From positions 2,669 to 66,668 of the IMG/VR virus record IMGVR_UViG_3300030330_003013: a stretch of 64,000 nucleotides of DNA; one strand, 5' to 3'. The position numbers and the translations under genes were made by a program. The notes below the pieces were generated by a model. That model worked only from the letters and a program-made list of their open reading frames with translations, made no database searches and was not told the origin of the DNA. Each line of letters starts with the position of its first letter. The stretch's first letter is position 1. Source of the DNA: a virus (lineage: Duplodnaviria > Caudoviricetes). Below are positions 45,155-55,767 of the stretch, in pieces.

Positions 45155-46057
45155 ATGAGTAAAACATTAGATGAGATTTTGAATGTGCAAGCGGCTGACG
45201 GACCTTTTGGACCGGGAAACGCAGTAATGGAACAAACCCTAAGAGACTTCATCCAACTACAATCAACTTTGATTGCGGTTGGAACACAGGTTGTGGGTGT
45301 TAGAACAGTTGATTGGCTAACTTTTAAGTGGTATTCCGGTGTTGATGGAACATTTACTTACCCTGTGGATGATAACGCAGTAGTCGAGCCAACACACATT
45401 GGAACTGCTAACTACGAAGTATCTCTAAAGAAGGGTCAAGGCCGAACAATCTTCCTTGATTCAACCCTACTTCGTGGAGAGTCCTTTGAAACTCTTGACC
45501 GACAACAGTTGGCTATCGTGCGAAACAGGGCAGACATCATTGATGACCTAATCCTTGAGACTTTGATTGATGGTGCAGGGCAGTCTGTTGCCGTTGCATC
45601 CGGTAAGGAATGGGATACTGCGGCAGAAGACGCAGAATCCAATGTTCTTTCCGCTATGGATAAGATTTTTGAGAACGGTCGAGTTAGTGGTGATGAGGCA
45701 GTTGTCCTTATCGTTCCAGCGAAACTACGAAGTGTCCTACTAAACACAACTCTATATGGAAATGTAGTTGAGTCTCTTGCAGACCACCTACGCCGAGTTG
45801 CAAACCTAACTGTTCTATACAGTCGCAACTCCCGTCTTGCAGACACCGCACTTCTATTAGTGCCGGGTGCTGAGACTGCTGAGTTCTTCCAATACAACGG
45901 ACCGGGCTTCATGGAGACAGAATTGACTCGTATTCCGGGCGTTGGTTTTGATTGGATTCTAAGCGGCTACATGGGTTGTGTAATTCACGAACACCAAGAT
46001 GGAGCAGCAAGCGGTAAGAACAACAGGATTTGTAAAATCACTAACATAGCCGCTTAA
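45155..46057 (+). CDS. Major capsid protein (HK97 fold)
   Basis: 300 aa; gene position; KKGQGRTIF...DLILETLIDGA...VVLIVP pattern typical of archaeal tailed-virus MCPs. Confidence 0.8.
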   Translation: MSKTLDEILNVQAADGPFGPGNAVMEQTLRDFIQLQSTLIAVGTQVVGVRTVDWLTFKWYSGVDGTFTYPVDDNAVVEPTHIGTANYEVSLKKGQGRTIFLDSTLLRGESFETLDRQQLAIVRNRADIIDDLILETLIDGAGQSVAVASGKEWDTAAEDAESNVLSAMDKIFENGRVSGDEAVVLIVPAKLRSVLLNTTLYGNVVESLADHLRRVANLTVLYSRNSRLADTALLLVPGAETAEFFQYNGPGFMETELTRIPGVGFDWILSGYMGCVIHEHQDGAASGKNNRICKITNIAA

Positions 46058-46072
46058 GTGTGGTGATGTTAG

Positions 46073-46375
46073 ATGCTTAACGAAGACTTTGCGCTTTCGT
46101 ATGCGGCAAGAAAACTCGGAAGGAGTCTTTCTGACGAAGAAGTAAGCCTTGTTCTCACGCTTCCGGATAGGAAAGCGATTAGAGAATGGGCTTACGGTCT
46201 TCGTGATTCCACATTAGTTGTTGATGAGGCTATGCCTAAGAAAGAAGTAAAGATAGAAAAGGAAAGTGAATTAGATGAGCAAGAAAAGCAAAGCAAGCCT
46301 AACAAGGGAATTAAGAAAAAGAAATATACCAATACCCCAAAATCCAACGATAAAGAATCTTCAACATCGGCTTGA
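46073..46375 (+). CDS. Hypothetical protein
   Basis: GGTGA RBS; its last 101 nt overlap the next ORF. Confidence 0.5.
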   Translation: MLNEDFALSYAARKLGRSLSDEEVSLVLTLPDRKAIREWAYGLRDSTLVVDEAMPKKEVKIEKESELDEQEKQSKPNKGIKKKKYTNTPKSNDKESSTSA

Positions 46376-46592
46376 TTATTGGGAAAGTGGAAGCGGTTGG
46401 CTTATTAGAAGAGTTAGACCTGCTCGTAATTCTCCATTCCCCGAATTAGAGCATAAAACCCTATATTGGTTGCCGAATGGCCGCCTTGCCCGACAAGTTG
46501 TTAAATCGGGAGAGTTCTTTTCAATGGGAAGATACCCTATTCCACCGGAAGGGGTCGCTATATTTGATATAGCCTTCGATGAAGAAGAATGA
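46275..46592 (+). CDS. Protein with N-terminal HeH/SAP-like motif
   Basis: SKASLTRELRKRNIPIPQNPTIKNLQHRL. Confidence 0.55.
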   Translation: MSKKSKASLTRELRKRNIPIPQNPTIKNLQHRLDYWESGSGWLIRRVRPARNSPFPELEHKTLYWLPNGRLARQVVKSGEFFSMGRYPIPPEGVAIFDIAFDEEE

Positions 46593-46601
46593 GATGATTA
46601 A

Positions 46602-46991
46602 ATGGCCGTTACAACTGCTCAAATCCGAGACCTGTTGAATAGACCGAGAGGACTTAACGATGCTACTATCTCAGAATATATTACCATAAGAACCGCAGAA
46701 GTAAATAAAGTTGCAAGAAATGACTCTTACAATGTAGGCACTAATGCGGTTACAGACACACTTAAAGAATCTGCTATTAAGGCATTAGTATGTTGCGACT
46801 GTCTGCGAGTTCTCGTTGATACCGCCCCAATGTATGTGCCGGAGAATGAGTTTAGGCAACAGGATATTAGATTTAGAAGTCAATTAGAGACTATGCAGAA
46901 ACAAGCCGACAACCTATTGTCTATGATAACGGAGGCTGGTGGTTCAGCCTTTAATTCCACGCAGACGGGTTCAAGGCTTGAGGTGTCCTAA
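46602..46991 (+). CDS. Head-tail connector/adaptor protein
   Basis: MAVTTAQIRDLL...ISEYI is typical of gp6/gp15-like adaptors; gene position fits. Confidence 0.6.
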   Translation: MAVTTAQIRDLLNRPRGLNDATISEYITIRTAEVNKVARNDSYNVGTNAVTDTLKESAIKALVCCDCLRVLVDTAPMYVPENEFRQQDIRFRSQLETMQKQADNLLSMITEAGGSAFNSTQTGSRLEVS

Positions 46992-48145
46992 TGGGTAATT
47001 GGGCTTGGACTAATGGAACAGGAGACGCTTCTGCCGCTACTGTTGGTAATTGGGAGGGGTTTGACGGGAGTAGCGGCACTCCATCCTCAAGCGACTTAAC
47101 AAGTGGAGATTTGTTTTTTAACGATAAATCCAATAGCAATTGCAATTTTAATTTAACTTCTTGTAAATCTATTAGTGTTACATCGGCATATACCGGAACA
47201 ATTGAAATACAAGTAAATGTAAGTTTAGAGTTTGCAAGTTTCAAAAGCGGAACATTATCGGCGGGTTCTGCAAAAACACTTTCATTTAGTAATGGAAGCA
47301 ACCTTAGTAGCGAATCAACATTTGTTGAGTTTGGTGATGCCTTTTCTTATACATCAAGCCAAAGACAAAACATAACCTTTGAAATAACTAATACTCAATC
47401 AACGGCCATAAAATTAAGTGATGGTCTTTATCCAAAGGTAACTTTAGTTAGTGGTAAGTTTTCAACTCAATATGTAACTCCTAATTCAAGTATTACAAAC
47501 GGTAAAGTGGATTTGTATTCATTAGTTGCAAATAGTGGTGCAAGTTTTGAAAAAGTTGCAATAAATACTATCAGCGTTAATGATAAAGATAAGCACTTTT
47601 ATTTGAAAACAAGCACACTAACTATCAATACTGCTACATTCCATTGTGGTGAATCAAAATGGACTTTACAGGGAAGCACAAGTGCCGCAACAGAATTACC
47701 ATTTTTCAATTCCACAATAACCACATTTAGAATGAGAAACTTAATACTCGATAATGAATCGGGCGCAGGTTCAATGTTCAAAATACCATCGGGCGCAAAC
47801 ATGACTCTTGACTCCCTAACAATAAATCAAGGTGTCGTATTACTTGCTACGGCTGGTGGAATAATAAGATGTTCTTCAAAACCAACAATAAAAGGTTCGT
47901 GGGGGTTTGTTGAAACTTCGGAGGGTATTTATTTACCAAAAGATGAAGAGTATTTGTTAGGTGTAAATCAAGGAGGAACAGGATTAACAAGTGTTGGTTC
48001 AGCCGGTCAAGTGTTAAAATCCGATGGAACAGGTCTTTATTGGGATACAACAAGTGCTGGTTCTTCATCAGTAATTGATATTGGACCATTAACTTCCTCC
48101 TCAACTGTATATTCAAAGGTTGTTTTTGGTAGCCTAACGGTTTAA
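46991..48145 (+). CDS. Virion structural protein (beta-helix/fibre-like)
   Basis: WAWTNGTGD...VGNW N-terminus; S/T-rich repeated strands; LGVNQGGTGLTS fibre motif. Confidence 0.6.
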   Translation: MGNWAWTNGTGDASAATVGNWEGFDGSSGTPSSSDLTSGDLFFNDKSNSNCNFNLTSCKSISVTSAYTGTIEIQVNVSLEFASFKSGTLSAGSAKTLSFSNGSNLSSESTFVEFGDAFSYTSSQRQNITFEITNTQSTAIKLSDGLYPKVTLVSGKFSTQYVTPNSSITNGKVDLYSLVANSGASFEKVAINTISVNDKDKHFYLKTSTLTINTATFHCGESKWTLQGSTSAATELPFFNSTITTFRMRNLILDNESGAGSMFKIPSGANMTLDSLTINQGVVLLATAGGIIRCSSKPTIKGSWGFVETSEGIYLPKDEEYLLGVNQGGTGLTSVGSAGQVLKSDGTGLYWDTTSAGSSSVIDIGPLTSSSTVYSKVVFGSLTV

Positions 48146-48171
48146 TAAGAGTAGTGATGTGGTGATGTTGT

Positions 48172-51100
48172 ATGCCGATAAGTGATAGCCGAAACCTATT
48201 CACGGACACCGAATCAAATAGAATCGGTGTAACTCCGGATGGGGCGCAACTTTTCCGAGACACTTCAAGTGGTATGGTTTTCGTTGGTGATGGAACAAAT
48301 CTTGGAGGACACGCAATAGATGTAAGACCTCCAAAAGACATTACCGGAACAACACATACCCTCGTTAGAGAAGACGAAGGAAAAACATTAGTTGTAAATA
48401 ATGCAAGCGGTTGCACTATTACTGTTCCCCCCGAATCATCAGTTGATTGGCCTACAGGATATACAGAAATTAAACTATTCAATAAGGGTGCTGGAGATAT
48501 TACTATTGCCGCTGGAAGTGGAGTAACAGTAAGTGGTGAAACTACAATTGTTCAAAATGAACACGGTATTATCAAAAGTATATCTGCTGATTCTTGGATT
48601 TCTGTTCTGTCGAGAAACGCAACAGGTCCGATAGGACCGACCGGCCCAGCCGGTCCGACAGGACCAACAGGGGCTACAGGTCCTACCGGTCCGACAGGGG
48701 CTACAGGTCCTACCGGTCCTACCGGACCGCAAGGAGATGAGGGAGATGCTGGGCCAACCGGACCTACAGGTCCAACCGGACCTACAGGTTCAACCGGACC
48801 TACAGGAAGCACAGGGGCAACAGGACCACCCGGAAGCACAGGGCCTACAGGCGCAAGGGGTAACAGAATCGGTCCGGAATATGTGTTTAGCACTACAACT
48901 ACTGATGCTGACCCAACTGATGCTAAAGTTAGATTTAATAATTCCACTTTTTCCTCAATAAGTAAAATCTATATTGATGATGAATCAAGAGGAGGAATAG
49001 ACCAACAAGCGTGGTATAGAACATGGGATGATTCAACCTCAACAAACAAAGGAACACTTGTTTTTGATTCAGCAGATTCGGATACTGACGCACCAATAAT
49101 TTTTACAGTAACAGGAGTAACAGAAGCAACAGGATACTTCAAAATAGATGTAACCCCGCTTTCCGGTTCTATCCCTTCTAATGATGCGGCCATAGTAGCA
49201 GAATATACTCCAAGTGGTAATGTTGGAACAACAGGACCTACAGGACCTACAGGACCGGCTGGACCTACAGGGCCTACAGGACCTACGGGTTCAACAGGGC
49301 CGACCGGACCACAAGGAACGGCTGCCGGATTTGGAACGCCTACTGCTTCAACCGGACCGGTTGGTGTTACAGCAAGCGGGCCGGATACGGCAAAGGTGTT
49401 TGCCTTTTCTATCCCTCAAGGTGCTACGGGGGATACAGGCCCAACAGGCCCAACAGGCCCAACAGGACCTCAAGGAACGGCGGCGGGTTTCGGAACACCT
49501 ACCGCAACTACAGGTCCGGTGGGAGTTACCGCAAGTGGTCCGGATACTGCTAAGGTATTTGCATTTAGCATACCTCAAGGTGCTACAGGCTCAACCGGAC
49601 CGACAGGACCGACAGGACCGACCGGTCCGGATGGTCCTACAGGTCCTACAGGACCTACAGGCTCAACAGGAACGGCGGCTGGCTTTGGAACACCTACCGT
49701 TTCTTCCGGCCCTCTTGCTATCACTTCAAGCGGGCCGGATACCGCCAAAATATTCGCTTTTACAATTCCTTCGGGCGATACAGGACCAACCGGCCCTGCC
49801 GGTCCTACCGGCCCTACCGGTCCAACAGGTCCTACGGGTTCAACAGGACCTACAGGACCGGATGGTCCGGATGGTCCAACAGGCCCTACGGGTGCAGCAG
49901 CAGGGTTTGGAACACCTACGGCTACCACCGGTCCTATCGGCGTTACTTCATCCGGTCCGGATACATCTAAAGTTTTTGCCTTTTCCATACCTGCTGGTGC
50001 AACAGGGCCAACAGGTCCAACAGGGCCAACAGGTCCAACAGGTCCAACCGGTGCAGATTCAACGGTTGCTGGGCCTCCCGGTCCTACAGGACCTACAGGA
50101 CCGGCTGGACCTACGGGTTCAACGGGGGCAACAGGTCCTACCGGACCTACAGGACCGGCTGGAAGCACAGGACCGGAAGGTTTAGTGTGGGAAGGAAATT
50201 GGGCTACTTCGACTTCGTATCAAGTGGATGATGCGGTGTATTATACGGTTGAAGAATCATCATATATTTGTATTCAAGCACATACCTCTTCCGGTTCTAT
50301 ACTACCTACTAACACTTCTTATTGGAGTCTTTTGGCGGCTCAAGGAGATACCGGACCTACAGGTCCTACCGGACCTGCTGGACCTACAGGTCCTACCGGA
50401 CCAACAGGCCCTACCGGTCCTACGGGTGCTGATTCAACAGTAGCCGGACCAACAGGCCCGACAGGACCTACAGGCCCGACAGGACCAAGCGGTCCTACAG
50501 GACCGGCTGGAAGTGATGGAGGAACAGGACCGACAGGACCAGCCGCAGGGTTTGGAACGCCTACAGCAACTACAGGCCCTATTGGTGTAACCTCAAGTGG
50601 GCCGGATACGGCTAAAGTCTTTGCTTTTTCAATACCTGCTGGCGCAACCGGTCCAACAGGACCTACAGGGCCTACAGGCCCTACAGGTCCGGCAGGTGAG
50701 GATGGTTCAGATGGTGCTACAGGACCAACCGGACCGACCGGACCAACAGGCTCAACGGGAAGTGCCGCTGGATTCGGCACTCCAACCGCCAGCACCGGAC
50801 CAATCGGTGTTACCGCAAGTGGTCCGGATACAGCAAAAGTCTTTGCCTTTTCTATTCCAGCAGGTGCTACCGGACCAGCAGGGCCAACCGGACCTGCTGG
50901 ACCTACCGGACCTACCGGACCTGCTGGACCTACCGGACCAGCAGGTGATGACGGTTCAGATGGAGCAACCGGACCGACCGGACCTACAGGTCCAACCGGA
51001 CCTACCGGACCTGCGGGTTCAACAGGACCGACAGGACCGACCGGAACAGCGGCAGGTTTCGGCACACCTACTGCTACTACCGGTTCAATAGGTGTAACGG

Positions 51101-52536
51101 CCTCCGGACCGGATACAGCAAAAGTGTTTGCGTTTTCTATACCTGCGGGAGACACCGGACCTACAGGTCCAACAGGTCCAACAGGTCCGACAGGACCAGC
51201 AGGGCCACCCGGACCTACAGGGCCAGCGGGTAGTGATGGTTCAGACGGCTCGGATGGTTCAGATGGTGCGGCGGCGGGATTCGGAACGCCGACCGCCAGC
51301 ACAGGGCCGATAGGAGTTACTGCTTCCGGTCCAGCCACCGCAAAAGTATTTGCTTTCTCTATACCGGCGGGTGCAACAGGACCAGCAGGGCCGACAGGCC
51401 CAACCGGTCCAACAGGCCCTACCGGACCTGCTGGTTCGACCGGTCCGACAGGACCAAGTGGGGTTGCGGGCGGCATAGATGATTTAACGGATGGAAAATC
51501 CGGTGGAACAGATTTCACAGGGAGTTTGTTATTAGGCCACCAAACCACAGGAACATTAAGTAGTGCGGTGTATAACACAGGTGTTGGTATTACCACTTTA
51601 GATGCTTTATCAAGCGGAACGAATAACACCGCTATGGGGTGGGCCGCCGGAACGGCAATATCAACAGCAACAGATGGTGTGTTTATTGGAAAACAGGCCG
51701 GAACGACTAATAGCACAGATAGTAGGGTTGTCGCTATTGGTTCTTCTGCTGGTAAAAATATAGGATTCGGTTCAACCGCAGTTGGTTTTTGGTCTGGGAT
51801 TTGGTCTTTGGCTACTAACTCAGTTTGTATTGGTTATGGGGCTGGTGCAAGAGGAACGTCTGATGCTACGAAAAATGTATTCATAGGAGATATGCCTACT
51901 TATGGCGGTGATGGAACATTTGAGGGAGATTACAATATCGGTATTGGCGATAGTGCTATGTATGCAATCAATGGAAGTGCTAACTATAATATAGGTATTG
52001 GAAGACAGGCTCTTTATACACCCGATGATGGTTCAGACTACAACACAGGCATAGGCTACCGAGCCGCTTACTTGGTTAGTAGCGGGGATAAGAACATCTG
52101 CATTGGAACAGAATCGGGCGATAATATCACCACAGGGTCGAACAACCTTGTAATTGGTAGCGGTGATGTTTCTGACCCTACAGGAGACGACCAATTATTG
52201 ATAACTTCCGGTGATGGTGGAGTTACTTGGTTTAAGGGGAATGCTAACGGATTAGTAGCAAATAAAATTAGTGTAGTAGCCATAACAACCACAACAACAC
52301 TAACTGACGAACAATCGGGCTCGTATGTGTATGTAACAGGTAGTGGTGCGCCCACCCTACCTGCAACCGCAGAAGTAGGCCAACAATACACTATCATTAA
52401 CAACACAGGTTCAGATTTAACACCCGGATTGGGAACAAGCAACAGTAGCATTCCGAGTAGCCACACCGCCATATCTGATGATGCAGCGAGAACCTATGTT
52501 GCGGTTGCCGCGAATACATGGTTCTTTGTGGGGTGA
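48172..52536 (+). CDS. Collagen-like fibre/adhesin protein
   Basis: Long Gly-Pro-Thr triplet runs interrupted by eight ~35-aa globular repeats; one CBM5/12-like insert (WEGNW...YQVDDAVYY...YICIQAHTS...YW); C-terminal N-T-A-x-G beta-roll repeats. Confidence 0.9.
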   Translation: MPISDSRNLFTDTESNRIGVTPDGAQLFRDTSSGMVFVGDGTNLGGHAIDVRPPKDITGTTHTLVREDEGKTLVVNNASGCTITVPPESSVDWPTGYTEIKLFNKGAGDITIAAGSGVTVSGETTIVQNEHGIIKSISADSWISVLSRNATGPIGPTGPAGPTGPTGATGPTGPTGATGPTGPTGPQGDEGDAGPTGPTGPTGPTGSTGPTGSTGATGPPGSTGPTGARGNRIGPEYVFSTTTTDADPTDAKVRFNNSTFSSISKIYIDDESRGGIDQQAWYRTWDDSTSTNKGTLVFDSADSDTDAPIIFTVTGVTEATGYFKIDVTPLSGSIPSNDAAIVAEYTPSGNVGTTGPTGPTGPAGPTGPTGPTGSTGPTGPQGTAAGFGTPTASTGPVGVTASGPDTAKVFAFSIPQGATGDTGPTGPTGPTGPQGTAAGFGTPTATTGPVGVTASGPDTAKVFAFSIPQGATGSTGPTGPTGPTGPDGPTGPTGPTGSTGTAAGFGTPTVSSGPLAITSSGPDTAKIFAFTIPSGDTGPTGPAGPTGPTGPTGPTGSTGPTGPDGPDGPTGPTGAAAGFGTPTATTGPIGVTSSGPDTSKVFAFSIPAGATGPTGPTGPTGPTGPTGADSTVAGPPGPTGPTGPAGPTGSTGATGPTGPTGPAGSTGPEGLVWEGNWATSTSYQVDDAVYYTVEESSYICIQAHTSSGSILPTNTSYWSLLAAQGDTGPTGPTGPAGPTGPTGPTGPTGPTGADSTVAGPTGPTGPTGPTGPSGPTGPAGSDGGTGPTGPAAGFGTPTATTGPIGVTSSGPDTAKVFAFSIPAGATGPTGPTGPTGPTGPAGEDGSDGATGPTGPTGPTGSTGSAAGFGTPTASTGPIGVTASGPDTAKVFAFSIPAGATGPAGPTGPAGPTGPTGPAGPTGPAGDDGSDGATGPTGPTGPTGPTGPAGSTGPTGPTGTAAGFGTPTATTGSIGVTASGPDTAKVFAFSIPAGDTGPTGPTGPTGPTGPAGPPGPTGPAGSDGSDGSDGSDGAAAGFGTPTASTGPIGVTASGPATAKVFAFSIPAGATGPAGPTGPTGPTGPTGPAGSTGPTGPSGVAGGIDDLTDGKSGGTDFTGSLLLGHQTTGTLSSAVYNTGVGITTLDALSSGTNNTAMGWAAGTAISTATDGVFIGKQAGTTNSTDSRVVAIGSSAGKNIGFGSTAVGFWSGIWSLATNSVCIGYGAGARGTSDATKNVFIGDMPTYGGDGTFEGDYNIGIGDSAMYAINGSANYNIGIGRQALYTPDDGSDYNTGIGYRAAYLVSSGDKNICIGTESGDNITTGSNNLVIGSGDVSDPTGDDQLLITSGDGGVTWFKGNANGLVANKISVVAITTTTTLTDEQSGSYVYVTGSGAPTLPATAEVGQQYTIINNTGSDLTPGLGTSNSSIPSSHTAISDDAARTYVAVAANTWFFVG

Positions 52537-52540
52537 TTAA

Positions 52541-53122
52541 GTGGCTTCAATTAACTTAGGTGTTGTTGGTTGTATAGCCGCAAGCGCAAGTAGTGGTGGT
52601 TCTGCACCAACAGGCGTTAGTATTGCAGAAGCCGCAAGTAGCGGTCAAAATAATGCGTTTAAGGTTACTGATGTTAACCCCGATTTAATGACCGTTGATT
52701 ATTCCGATTGGTCGAGCGCAACGAGCGAATCTTTTGGAACGCAACTTGAAAAAGAAGTTAGTTCGGGTGATTTAGGAGATTTCGACACTTATGGAACTAT
52801 AACTATGGATATTTTTGCTTATTGTCGAGCAACAGGGGCTACATCTTTTTCATGGTCCGGTTCAGTTTATGCTGATAACTTCGGCACAGGTAGTGGCGAC
52901 CCAACCGGTTCTGTTAGTGGTGCTGGTGGTGCAGGTCAAGACGGAACAGGCGCAGGTGGTGTAGGTGTTAGGTTTGTAATAACTCCGGGTTCGGGTAGGG
53001 GTGGTGCTATGAATTGGCCTACAAACGGAAAATACATTATTTTCAAATTAACAGCAACGGCTACTAATTCAAATGGTAGCACTACTGCTGATTTATACTT
53101 AAAATATTCATTTACAGGTTGA
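52541..53122 (+). CDS. G/S/T-rich virion protein
   Basis: Composition and position next to the fibre gene. Confidence 0.55.
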   Translation: MASINLGVVGCIAASASSGGSAPTGVSIAEAASSGQNNAFKVTDVNPDLMTVDYSDWSSATSESFGTQLEKEVSSGDLGDFDTYGTITMDIFAYCRATGATSFSWSGSVYADNFGTGSGDPTGSVSGAGGAGQDGTGAGGVGVRFVITPGSGRGGAMNWPTNGKYIIFKLTATATNSNGSTTADLYLKYSFTG

Positions 53123-53126
53123 TAAT

Positions 53127-53669
53127 ATGAAAATAAATGTTAATATTCCCGCTGGTGTGTCCGGTGATTTTGAAATAGCCCACTACACTAAAGACACGAC
53201 TGATAATAGGTGGCCTCTTTATTTGCTTCATACCAATGAGGCTTATGATAATTATACTGTATTATTAAAAAAAGGCTACAGTATGCCGTTAATGCAAGAC
53301 TCAGAAGCAGAATACAACGACCACCAATGGTTGTGGGATAATGCAGAAGGAGATGTAATTATTGGCGGGTTAGGCGTTGGTTTAGTTAATCATGTTTTGA
53401 TAGATAATCCGAATATTACATCAATTACTATTGTTGAAAAGTATCAAGATGTAATAGATTTAGTATGGGATAACTGCGCTAAAGACGAGCGTTTTAATCT
53501 AATACACGCAGACATAGAAACATGGGAAATACCTACCGATAGTCAATGGGATATTGGCTTCTTCGATACATGGATTTCAAATGATGATTGGGATTTAGAC
53601 GAATACAAAAATAATATGATAGAAAAATATGGTCCTTATATTACAAAAATAAATGGTTGGTGTTGGTAA
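53127..53669 (+). CDS. Class I SAM-dependent methyltransferase (spermidine-synthase-like fold)
   Basis: VIIGGLGVGL (motif I), ITIVEK (motif II), LIHADI and WDIGFFDTW. Confidence 0.85.
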   Translation: MKINVNIPAGVSGDFEIAHYTKDTTDNRWPLYLLHTNEAYDNYTVLLKKGYSMPLMQDSEAEYNDHQWLWDNAEGDVIIGGLGVGLVNHVLIDNPNITSITIVEKYQDVIDLVWDNCAKDERFNLIHADIETWEIPTDSQWDIGFFDTWISNDDWDLDEYKNNMIEKYGPYITKINGWCW

Positions 53670-54261
53670 GTTTATTAGGAAAGAAAAACTACCACATATC
53701 ATGGAACACCCAAATTGGTTACTATACGAAGGAGTCCTTAGCGAAGAAGATTGCAAGCGTTGGATTGACTTAGGCCGACAAGCACCAAAGCAAGAGGCTA
53801 AAACATTTAGAACCGGCGAAGGCGAGTCTGATGCTCACCGCAAAACAGACATTAGATGGCTTCCTAATGTTGGGCCATACACCGAAATGCACGACTTTTT
53901 AATGAAAGTTGCTATGGATGCTAATAAAAGATTCGGTCTTACTCTTACAGAATTACCGCCATTACAATTTACCGAGTATTCAGATGTAGGCCACCACTAC
54001 GGAATGCACCACGATATAGATTGGAACAGGCAAGACGGCAAGCACAGAAAATTGAGTATTGTCGTGCAACTGACCGACCCCGAAGATTACGAGGGAGGAG
54101 TATTGTCTTTTGCACACACACAAAACCCCGACCCCGAAGCACTAATTAAGCGAGGTTCTATCATTTGCTTCCCTTCTTATTTAGAACACGGAGTATCCCC
54201 TATAACATCGGGTTCAAGAACAAGTCTTGTAGGGTGGTTTGAAGGACCACGCTGGCGATAG
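53653..54261 (+). CDS. 2OG-Fe(II) oxygenase (prolyl-hydroxylase-like)
   Basis: QFTEY...GMHHD...RKLSIVVQL...YEGG...FPSYLEHGVSPITSGSRTSLVGW (HxD...H...R); likely start MEHPNW at 53701. Confidence 0.9.
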   Translation: MVGVGKFIRKEKLPHIMEHPNWLLYEGVLSEEDCKRWIDLGRQAPKQEAKTFRTGEGESDAHRKTDIRWLPNVGPYTEMHDFLMKVAMDANKRFGLTLTELPPLQFTEYSDVGHHYGMHHDIDWNRQDGKHRKLSIVVQLTDPEDYEGGVLSFAHTQNPDPEALIKRGSIICFPSYLEHGVSPITSGSRTSLVGWFEGPRWR

Positions 54262-54291
54262 TTTGACTAAGCATTACTCCTTAATGTTAAT

Positions 54292-54654
54292 GTGTCTAAC
54301 AATAGAGAGTCGGTGGGTATTCTTTTTGCATTAGTGGTAACTATAATACTTCTTACACCTTACATACCACATGGCCCATCAGACGGAATTGTTAATCCTT
54401 TTTCTTGCAAAAAAATAGAAGGGGCAGTCGTATTGAAGGAACACGATAAAGAAGGACATAAATTGTATGTTGAGTATTTTGTTGCTGATGAATGGGAAGG
54501 AAGCATAGTCTATGTATCCAATAATACTTATCATTCTTTTGAGGAAGGGGATACTTACGAGCAGATAGTTTGCGACATTTTTGAATACGAAAATATCTTG
54601 CAACAAATCGAAGACTTGCAAAATATAGGTATTTTAATACCGCATAACGGTTAA
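54292..54654 (+). CDS. Membrane-anchored hypothetical protein
   Basis: N-terminal TM VGILFALVVTIILLTPY. Confidence 0.55.
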   Translation: MSNNRESVGILFALVVTIILLTPYIPHGPSDGIVNPFSCKKIEGAVVLKEHDKEGHKLYVEYFVADEWEGSIVYVSNNTYHSFEEGDTYEQIVCDIFEYENILQQIEDLQNIGILIPHNG

Positions 54655-54691
54655 AAGGCGCACAAATAGTAGTTTGATTAGTGGTGAGTAG

Positions 54692-54871
54692 GTGAGAGAA
54701 GGTAAGATAGTATTCACACCCCCCGAAAGATGTTATACACGAGTTATATTGGAAGAAACTCCACATGGCTTCAAGGTATATCGAGTAGGTGAGGAGAGAC
54801 CCTTTACAGTCATTCCCCATTCGTCAATTAGACAAATAGAATATAAGGAAAGTGAAATAAATGCAAGATAA
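54692..54871 (+). CDS. 59-aa microprotein (GTG start; not in ORF track)
   Basis: MREGKIVFTPPERCYTRVILEETPHGFKVYRVGEERPFTVIPHSSIRQIEY...; GGTGA RBS; fills the gap. Confidence 0.55.
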   Translation: MREGKIVFTPPERCYTRVILEETPHGFKVYRVGEERPFTVIPHSSIRQIEYKESEINAR

Positions 54872-55217
54872 TAATACAACTGCTGAATGTTTGGTTGATT
54901 GCTTAGAAGAGTCATCCGGACTATTAGATGAATTAGAAATTATATTGGTTGCTGGGTTAGCGTTACTCGGTATTGCGGCGTGGGCTCTTAATAAATACAA
55001 AACCCTTAACGCAGACGGCAAGATAACTCTTGACGAAATCCTTGATTCTGCGGATGAGGTTAAGGAAAAAGCCGCAGAAGCAAAGGCAGAATTAAAAACT
55101 ATTGAAGATGCTTTAGAATCCCGTAGCGTAGCAGAATTAAAGGAAATGCTAAAGGAAAAGGGATTAAAAGTATCCGGCAAGAAGTCTGAGTTAATTGAAA
55201 GACTAAAGAATAACTGA
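54861..55217 (+). CDS. Membrane protein with C-terminal SAP domain
   Basis: TM IILVAGLALLGIAAWAL; DGKITLDEI; SAP motif SVAELKEMLKEKGLKVSGKKSELIERL. Confidence 0.8.
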   Translation: MQDNNTTAECLVDCLEESSGLLDELEIILVAGLALLGIAAWALNKYKTLNADGKITLDEILDSADEVKEKAAEAKAELKTIEDALESRSVAELKEMLKEKGLKVSGKKSELIERLKNN

Positions 55218-55227
55218 GTTGGTTTAG

Positions 55228-55767
55228 ATGGCGTATTATTGTTCTGTTGCTGATGTAGGGCAAAGACTCGGCCTCGATTCTGCACAAAGAACAAGGGCAA
55301 ATAGCCGTATTACAAGTGTTATACGCAGGGCTACAATAAAAATAGACCAAATCTTTAGAGATTATGGAAGAGATGCACCATCAAGAGAAATAGCATCCAC
55401 CACATTAAATGGTGCTATATCAGCCAACGCAACCACAATCACATTAACTTCCGCATCTTCATTTAGTAGTGCTGGTAATGGTAATGTGGATGGAGATTCC
55501 TTTTCATGGACCGGCAAATCCTCTAATGACTTAACAGGTGTTACCGGCATTTCATTCGACCATCTATCCGGAGTTACTGTCGAAGAAGGAGAGTTTGCTC
55601 ATGTGCTTAGAGAGATATGTGCTGACCTTGCTTCTTCTTATTATTTACAAGACGATTCTGTATTTCAAGAAGGCGGTATGAGAGATGGTGGCCTAAGAAG
55701 CAATACTTTAGGGTCAAGAGGCAAAGAGAATCTTTATCGCCTTGCTCATCTCGGAAGTGTTGATTGA
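55228..55767 (+). CDS. Head-tail adaptor-like protein with inserted beta domain
   Basis: MAYYCSVADV...LREICADLASSYY gp6-like frame; insert TTLNGAISANATTITLTSASSF. Confidence 0.6.
   Translation: MAYYCSVADVGQRLGLDSAQRTRANSRITSVIRRATIKIDQIFRDYGRDAPSREIASTTLNGAISANATTITLTSASSFSSAGNGNVDGDSFSWTGKSSNDLTGVTGISFDHLSGVTVEEGEFAHVLREICADLASSYYLQDDSVFQEGGMRDGGLRSNTLGSRGKENLYRLAHLGSVD

Noticed and set aside
46073-46592. Programmed frameshift joining the two overlapping ORFs
   Set aside because: Both have plausible independent starts and I saw no clear slippery heptamer.
49312-51375. Regularly spaced DNA repeats resembling an array
   Set aside because: They are in-frame protein repeats with synonymous divergence, not CRISPR or iteron repeats.
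48475-51716. Long overlapping ORFs on both strands within the collagen gene (e.g. 50340..51716 -, 49214..50185 +)
   Set aside because: Shadow frames of stop-poor GGN-CCN-ACN repeats.
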